A DNA stretch of 64,000 nt from Penicillus capitatus (Eukaryota > Plantae > Chlorophyta). The position numbers were made by a program, and so were the translations under genes. Below, in pieces: positions 57,056 to 64,000 of this stretch (the stretch's first letter is position 1; each line of letters begins with the position of its first letter). The notes under the pieces were generated by a model. It saw only the letters and a list, made by a program, of their open reading frames with translations. It had not been told where the DNA came from and made no database searches. The DNA lies in contig OZ287696.1 of NCBI GenBank assembly GCA_965649825.1, forward strand, positions 1,398,081 to 1,462,080, in the 5' to 3' direction.

Positions 57056-57118
57056 CTCGACTCCACGCAAAGGAGATGACGAATGCAAAAGGACCAAACC
57101 GTCCGTACGGATGCATCG
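57056..57118 (+). repeat. Copy of 63938-64000 fused to the fibrillarin duplicate (probably extends further; partner leaves the window)
   Basis: CTCGACTC(C/T)ACGCAAAGGAGATGACGAATGCAAAAGGACCAAACCGTCCGTACGGATGCATCG, one mismatch in 63 bp. Confidence 0.92.
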
Positions 57119-57606
57119 GCGAATAACAGCGGTTCTCACGCAGAAGTCGCTGATCTCGCAGAGTCCCATGATCGAAAGACGTGGAGACGCGAACAGATGG
57201 ACGTCATTGCATCGGAAGGACCCTTACTGACAAGCGAAGCGTAAACTTAAAGGCCGAGGTCGATCTGTATCCTTTCCAAGCTGTCCAGAACCACCCGTCT
57301 GTCCTCTAGCAAAGTCGTACGGCAACCACGGTTACTTTGTGCAATTGTGCGTGCAGCCAATTGGCACAGACTCTTTCGGAGTCGATTTCTGTCGTTGTCA
57401 ACCTAGCACACGGAACCTTGCAGTGAAATCCATGCGATTAAGGCAATCGAGCTAAGCGGCCGTAGATGAAGAAAGATATCTCCTCTTTCTGTGGCTGTCG
57501 TGACCGGCAGAGGGGTCAAGTGACTTTGCCTCCGGCGTCAGCGCCAACCGTCACTAGACGCTAGACACCGACCCTTTCCACTCCGTCTTTTCTCTAAACG
57601 AAATCT

Positions 57607-57945
57607 ATGGCTTCGAGGTGGTTTGTCATTTACTGCGGGGTTATCGTTGCCTGCTGGTTCGGTGTAGCGGCGTACTATGCAAACCTGCACTCCTCGGGCA
57701 CCGAGGCAAGAGAGACCGTTTGCGCGTGCGATGGCGACGAGGTCTGTTGTAAATACGACTTGGAACAATGCACGGAGAGACAACCTTGCGCCTGCCATTC
57801 TGCTGAAGATATAGATTTCGTTTGCACTGAGGGGAAGCGGGAGTGGACTCAACCTTTTGCTGTTTGGCATGTTCTTGTTGGCGTTTCATGCGCACTGACT
57901 ATTATTCCACTGCTTCTTTGGGTGTTTTTCACGATGTTTCCATAA
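57607..57945 (+). CDS. Small two-helix membrane protein with Cys-rich loop
   Basis: WFVIYCGVIVACWFGVAAYY, CACDGDEVCC..C....PCAC..C, then VWHVLVGVSCALTIIPLLLWVFF. Confidence 0.55.
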   Translation: MASRWFVIYCGVIVACWFGVAAYYANLHSSGTEARETVCACDGDEVCCKYDLEQCTERQPCACHSAEDIDFVCTEGKREWTQPFAVWHVLVGVSCALTIIPLLLWVFFTMFP

Positions 57946-58369
57946 TTCATTGCATGAATAAGAAACGCATCCTCTGCTCTAATATCATTGTTGTAATCTG
58001 GTAGAGACCGTCGTCAAAACAAACATACTTGTGGCGCTACACATTAATGACGTTTGTGTTTGTCCTCTGGTTGTTCGTTGGTACCGGATAGCCCTTCGGT
58101 AACGACGTCTGCAGAATAGATAACCAATGGCAAGCTTCCACGCAATCTTTCTGTCTGAGAGTCTCTCTCTCATTCGGAGGTGGATTTGTGTTTTGCTGTT
58201 TTCTTGGGTCGCTTTGCTAATCTCTTAATTACTCCACTCTTGATCTGTCTCGACCGACCCAATAATTAGCAGGTTGACATGTGAGATAGGGATAATTCCG
58301 TGATGTTAAAGTCTTGTTTATGATGGAGGATGACAGTATCTCCATGACCCATGTATGACGTTAAGGACC

Positions 58370-58993
58370 TCATGTCCGACGCCAGAACCAAAATCCCGGT
58401 CGACATTGACGGCAAGGAACCAGCTTCGCCTGCATTTCCGTCCATCTTTGCATCGCATTGTTTCTTCGCCGTTTTTTGACAATCGTTCTTGGAGGTGATG
58501 CCCATGTTTTGCGGTAGATGCTCAGAGGACGTGCTTCTGCTGCCGGTTCTCGTCCGAGGATTTCCAGAACGGCAGAGAAGACACCGACTCCAATGCAGCT
58601 CTGCAGGGCACTCACGGGTCCACCTTGCCACGATACAGCAACGCCAGTCACACATCCCGCCATCCCCCCATTCCAAAAATCATCTTTCTGTCGAAGGCGG
58701 CTCATGAAACACGCGGCTGCCGCGTAAACCCCTCCAAATATGGCAAACGTTGATCCCGATTCCATTCCCGCTTTGTGAACGCCCGTCAGTTTGCGCGTCT
58801 GCAAAAGCGAGCGGCCGAAACCGAAGACGTATCCCAAGGCTCCACCACCGAAAGCGGAAGTCAGGCCTTGAATGGAGCATGGGGCTTTCGGCGAACCGAC
58901 GGTCTCGACAGGAATTCCCGCGCTTTCTTCATCTAGGATATCGCTGCTGTCGATCTTGTGCACGCGTTGTTTTTTTGGACCGTCGTTGCTCAT
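58370..58993 (-). CDS. Tim17/Tim22/Tim23 (PRAT) family translocase-like protein
   Basis: GGGALGYVFG, STFAIFGGVYAAAACFMSRLRQKDDFWNGGMAGCVTG (PRAT motif). Confidence 0.85.
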   Translation of the reverse strand: MSNDGPKKQRVHKIDSSDILDEESAGIPVETVGSPKAPCSIQGLTSAFGGGALGYVFGFGRSLLQTRKLTGVHKAGMESGSTFAIFGGVYAAAACFMSRLRQKDDFWNGGMAGCVTGVAVSWQGGPVSALQSCIGVGVFSAVLEILGREPAAEARPLSIYRKTWASPPRTIVKKRRRNNAMQRWTEMQAKLVPCRQCRPGFWFWRRT

Positions 58994-59013
58994 GATGGTA
59001 GAAGGAATGGCTT

Positions 59014-60171
59014 TTAGACAGTAGAAGTCTTTAGCAGAGGCACATCGACAGACGGACCGGCAATTGTCGAAAAATGCATTTCATTGACGACTCTCGCGAT
59101 CGTGGGCGTCCATGTCATACCCGAGAGATCCCGAGTCAGCGATCCACAAACAGCTTGCATCTGACTTTGTACCTCAGCAGACAACGTCTTGGGTGTGAGA
59201 ATTCTAGAGGTTCTCGCGTTAGAGTGTCCGTCTCTGTGATTTGAGTGTGACCTGAGGAGAGTGGTATGTACGATGTTCGTTTGTTTGGTCGGGGCATTGG
59301 GACATCGTTCGCGGAATTTCTTTCGAATGTCCATCAGCGCGGTTGTCATGTCCGTCCACAGCGCCAAGAGCACGCCTGAATCGGCCAAGATCACACGATT
59401 GAAGACGAGACACGGCCCAGGCGAAGTCTTGATGATCTGCGTGAGATCTTCTTTTTCTTTCTCTATTGCGTCCGCAAGCGCAATCTGCGATGGATGTCCC
59501 TCTTGTCTCGCTGGAGATGGCGATTCCACCCGGGATGTGTGGAAGAGTGTGATGTGCAGCATCTCAGCAGGGAGGTGAAAGACCTAAGTCGCCCAAATGT
59601 GCATACGGATGGATGACAGCCAACTACTGACCCGAATATCGCGTGGCAAGATATCGAGTGCTTTGGTCGAAGCGTCGTAGAGACGGTGTGCGATCTGTGG
59701 ATCAGGTGTCATCGGCAAGACAATCAGACGACACATGTTTTCGGATTCGGCGCCGTCGACTTCGACGTAAGACCTCGCCTCGCACAGCAGACGTCCGTCG
59801 GTTGCACCAGCCGCCGACGTCTTGTCGACATAGTACTTAACAATCGACGCAATGAACTCAGTATTTAGATTCTGTGCCGAGAATCTCTCTTCCATCGCGT
59901 CATACGACTTCTTCAGTCGTTCTTGATCCTCTACCTGCCATCACTCTTCCTCTTTGCAGTATTAGAAAGCCATGTCTCACGGCTTCGACGGAAGACATCT
60001 GCAGTTCTTGAGGCGCAGCAGATTCGACGTGCGGTGGAGACTGTTCGCGGGAGGGAGATACCAGACGATAGATGGCGTATCTGCAAGAGTCCACCGTCGT
60101 CAAGCAATTTCCGCATGGCAAGTGACACACCCGATAATGATGCCACCGGCGACAATCCCCGCGGACAACAT
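59014..60171 (-). CDS. Membrane-anchored 2H phosphoesterase-like protein
   Basis: N-terminal helix MLSAGIVAGGIIIG-YAIYRLV; two HxT motifs, HITLFH and HTTLLR; NRVILADSGVLL. Confidence 0.65.
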
Positions 60172-60206
60172 ACCGTCGGCGACGGAACAATGTTGGTTCG
60201 TGCACA

Positions 60207-61158
60207 ATGACACGATCGGCGTTCGCTCCAACACGATTAGCACCTTCGATTCGTCTCCAGCAGTGCGACTCCTTCAGACCAACGCTCACGAAGGCTGATC
60301 GCGATTTCTCTCGCAGGGTCGGCACCGCGCGTCGTCTCGAACGCCACAGATGTCGGTCCACAGCTGAACCGGGGGACAAAGGAAAGGCAGTTGTCGGGAA
60401 TGTCACATCAGAGCGTGCAAAAGAGGAAGCCCTACAAGGAGCCGTGGAGATCCTTCATAGAACAGTCGTTGCTAAGAAGTTCGATTCCAATGTCATCTGC
60501 GCAGCATTTCAGGAGTTCCAGACAAACAAGATGAAGGTAGGCCGCCTCCGACAGAATCGTTCTCGATTTCTGGAATGTAAACTAAGTTCGAAGATCTGAA
60601 TGATGCCATTGGTGGAGGACCAGATGGCAAATTCTGGGAGCTGCAGTTTGTCGCAAGCATCATGTGCTCCATTGACGGTGACACGATGTGAGCCGCCTGT
60701 ATATAGGAATAAAAGGCGCCAAAGATAAGGAGTCTGATGGATATCGTTTTCCTCTGACAGCTGTTCAGGTTCCGACAAGATCTCTCGTGCCTTGACCGAT
60801 TTCTGGATTTAGCATTTTGACAATGGACGAATCACAAATGGTGTCTTCTTGGGGCACGTGGCCTCTGTCAGATTCATAGGCACCTACGAAACGAAAAACG
60901 TATGCTAACTCTCTTCGTCGATAGTGTCTGAGTAGAGGTGACGTGCAGAGCTCGATGCAGTTTGTCTTTGAGAAGATTCAAATTCAGATTGGTCCGGGAC
61001 GCTTCACGTTCCCCGTCGGATCTGGATCGGCGGCCGAAGGCCGCTTTGTGTTCTTCTATGCCGATGAAGACTTCGTGGTTGCCAGAGGTCTCTCCGGCGG
61101 AACGGCCTTTTGGAAACGCATAGCGCCGTCAGATCTGTTTCAGATGGGGGCTGCTTAA
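60207..61158 (+). CDS. Plastid lipid-associated protein / PAP-fibrillin family
   Basis: Transit-like N-terminus; WELQF..S strand; C-terminal FVFFYADEDFVVARGLSGGTAFWKR. Confidence 0.65.
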
Positions 61159-61195
61159 TCCGATGCACGAGATGACATTAAAGGACACGTCGTTT

Positions 61196-62257
61196 CTACT
61201 TTGTCTTCGGAGGAGGTCGGAACACTCCGACCACCATGGCATGGTCGCGCTCGTAGGGCTCGAGAGTGATCTGCTCTTTCGGTTTTAACTCGAGGTCCAC
61301 CAGTTTCTTGATCTCCGACGCAAAGACCGCCTCGGGTTGCGCTGTCGAATCGATGCAGCTCGCCTGAACGTGCGCGCACGTTCGCACGAGCCGGAGATCG
61401 AGAGAGGCAGTGCCACACACTTTGATCGAGATGACGTAGTGCCCTTCGTTCTTGAGGAAGAGCTGGGCGTTGACGCCGACGATGCGCGCCTGATCCGGCT
61501 GTGCCACGTCCGCGAAGATGACATCGACCATCGGAACCAGCATCCGATACTTGAGCGGATGCCGCGCATCTTCGATGATGGGAATCACATTCGGTCGCTG
61601 TTTACACATGTTGAGCAGATCCCTTCCTGCAGCAGCACAGCACAGCATCGCGCACTGAATGGAGTGCCGATTCCCAGAGAGGGATCACCGCTTCGATGCG
61701 AGAACTCAACGGCATACACAATGCCTTCGGGTCCGACGATGTCCGAACAGTGCGAGACTGTGGTGCCCGAGGCGGCTCCGAGGTATAGCAGTTTGCAGCC
61801 AGGCTTCATGTGGATCTCGCCGATGCCTGCCAGTATCCCTGCGGCCAGTTTGGATCGAAAGGGATTCCAGACTCGGTATTCGATCTTCTGTTTTTCGTCT
61901 CCCTCTCCAACCTGACGGACGAAAGAGTGAGAGGTGTGAGGTGACATGTGCCGATCTGATCATCTACCTCCACTTCAACTTTCTTCTCTCCGTAGACGGT
62001 GACGCCCGGAACGAAATTTTTCGTCACCAAAGCGTCTTCTTTGCCACGGGCGATAAATATCCCTTCGAAGCGATGGGGCTCTATGATCACTTTGGCTCCG
62101 CCCTTCATTCCACCACCGCGTCCCCTTCCTCTCCCGCGGCCGCCACCGCGTCCACCGCCTCGACCTCCTATCGTATGTATCAGAGAACTCAAGGATTTAC
62201 GGATCGACAACCACCGCGCCCGTTTCGACCTCCTCGTCCGCGACCACGCGACTGCAT
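61196..62257 (-). CDS. FIB1: Fibrillarin (rRNA 2'-O-methyltransferase)
   Basis: GAR N-terminus, [70 protein letters not shown]. Confidence 0.97.
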
Positions 62258-62377
62258 GATGCACTGGGTGAGACAAAACAAGCAGAACAGGATACTCGAT
62301 GTGCGTACGACAGTCAATCTTGTTGTACAACGTCCGACGAGAATCGTGTCATCTACAAGGCTATTTATTATCATCTC

Positions 62378-63671
62378 CTAGCCTCGTGGCGACGGAGGAA
62401 GAATGAAATGCGCACAAGGCGTTGCTGGAAGGCCATTCGTCACGACAGAAATCGAGGGAACATGATAAAGCTGACCCAAAACGAACTCGCCATTCACAGC
62501 CACCTGCAAATTGTGTGATCCAGATCGCGAGTAGAAGGCATCCGACACAGCTGCAGAAAGATCGTCATTCGGATGCGAGACAAACGACTTCGATTCCTCC
62601 ACTGCTATAGACAGAGAAGGAGGCGTCGACGTCAGCAACGGTGATGCACTTGCCACTGAGGGATCTTTTCTCTCTAGAAACAAAGAGATGCTGCCTCTCG
62701 AAAGAATGTTGAAGAGCTTACGGCTTGAACACTCGTCTCTGCTATCGTCTTCGACGGTCTGATGCGTCAGACTCTGAGGAACTGTGATTCTCGGTTTAGC
62801 TCCTTTGCGGAACTCTGTCAGAGCTGGGTAGATGTTCTCGAACGCCTGATAAATATCTTCCCTTGTCCGTGCGCCGGTCAAGCCAACCTAAATGGCACGT
62901 GTTCGAAAGCGGGGTCAGAGAGAGACTGTGAAGCGCGGTACTTTGCCGGAGACAAAGATCAGTAGGACGACTTTCGGCACTTTCATTTTGTAGATCAGCC
63001 CTGGGAAGAGTTCAGGCTCGTAGCGAGAAAAGAGCCTGTGCTTGAAGTTAAGTCCTTCGAGACTGATTGGAAACTGTACGTCGCATGAGCCAACGATATT
63101 CTGAATACGAAAGTTCTGAAAGGTCACATTATATCCTAACTTGGAAACGATCTTGGCAAACTTGCGTGAGGCTAATCGAGAGTCTTGTTCACTTCTTGCT
63201 CCGGTGCACACCATATTCCCTACATCCTTTGAAATTGCTACCGAAGGAGAGAAGAGCGCCGAAGACCTGATGAGAATATGAGGGCCGTCGTCTTAGGTTT
63301 GCGAATGCGCATGATGACAGCGGCTAGACGTTTGGGATTAAACTCCGCATTCCGTGCGTGCTGGGCAATGCGTTTGAGATCCAATGCACATCCCAAAGCA
63401 GAGGTCGAGACAACGTTCTGCATGACAGACCGTTATCGATTTGGCAAAGAGTGAGCGGACTGACATGGAGGACGGGCACAATGCCTGAGGGGTGTATCGA
63501 CAAATCGACTTCAGCAGCGCAGTTCGTCGCAAGAACCGACGATGCTGGCGTTCTCGAATGACATGATGGCGCCACAGGCGTGTTCCTTGAGATGGTCGGA
63601 CACAAAGCAAGCAAACCGGATGTCTCTGTACCCGTCAAATCCGTCAACACGCGTTGATAAGCGCTATCCAT
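62378..63671 (-). CDS. TBP: TATA-binding protein, divergent, with long C-terminal extension
   Basis: [104 protein letters not shown]. Confidence 0.92.
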
Positions 63672-64000
63672 CCCGACAGCGACACCTAATCGGATATCTC
63701 CCATCGAACACGGGCGCGCTGGTCGGTACGTGGTACTTGGTTTGACCTGTTAGCACGATGATAAGAAATACCGGCCGGTTCGATTCGAGGACAGGAAGAC
63801 GTTCTCGCTCTTTCGTCGCCCCGCGGTGATGTCTGTGCTTTTTCTAATCGCCGACGAATGGCGCCGCGTCCCAGTCACAGACAACAACAACGCACGACGA
63901 CAAACGACCCGATTTCTCAGGCAAATGTGTCCAATGCCTCGACTCTACGCAAAGGAGATGACGAATGCAAAAGGACCAAACCGTCCGTACGGATGCATCG

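Noticed and set aside
1-64000. tRNA, rRNA or viral (NCLDV) hallmark genes
   Set aside because: No cloverleaf/T-loop context, rRNA-like sequence or viral core-gene motifs were recognised by eye. tRNAscan-SE and HMM searches would be needed to exclude them formally.

Overview
Eukaryotic nuclear DNA from a very compact green-algal (Chlorophyta-like) genome; the lineage is inferred from gene content. It uses the standard genetic code, has ~45-60 bp GT-AG introns, and intergenic gaps are often under 100 bp. About 25 intact genes are recognisable: dynamin DRP3-like, a coiled-coil protein, a RAMA-domain protein, NOC2, SCYL1, a PlsC-type acyltransferase, LRRC9, Rab-GDI, PDK, DUF4787, serine decarboxylase, EPSP synthase, TFIIS, glutathione reductase, a TSNAXIP1-like protein, an At5g03900-like protein, RPI4-like, an OTU deubiquitinase, a Tim17/22 family protein, a 2H phosphoesterase-like protein, PAP-fibrillin, fibrillarin and a divergent TBP. 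The standout is an intact, very recent Ty3/gypsy-type LTR retrotransposon (10311-15132; identical 156-bp LTRs; AGTGG target-site duplication). It sits exactly on the 3' splice acceptor of NOC2 intron 1, so the duplicated target plus the LTR end recreate two in-frame acceptors that could splice the whole element out. The element also has an unusual gag-protease / (-1) dUTPase-like-RT-RNaseH-IN layout and sharp purine/pyrimidine skew switches. Two accessory zones hold decayed genes and oddities. 43.8-49.8 kb has an OPR pseudogene, a candidate gene with foreign-looking splice signals and bracketing ~55-bp direct repeats. 53.9-57.5 kb has FtsH11 and RRM relics plus a chimeric local duplication of fibrillarin. 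All family calls are from motif recognition by eye, not database searches, and exon boundaries are partly approximate.
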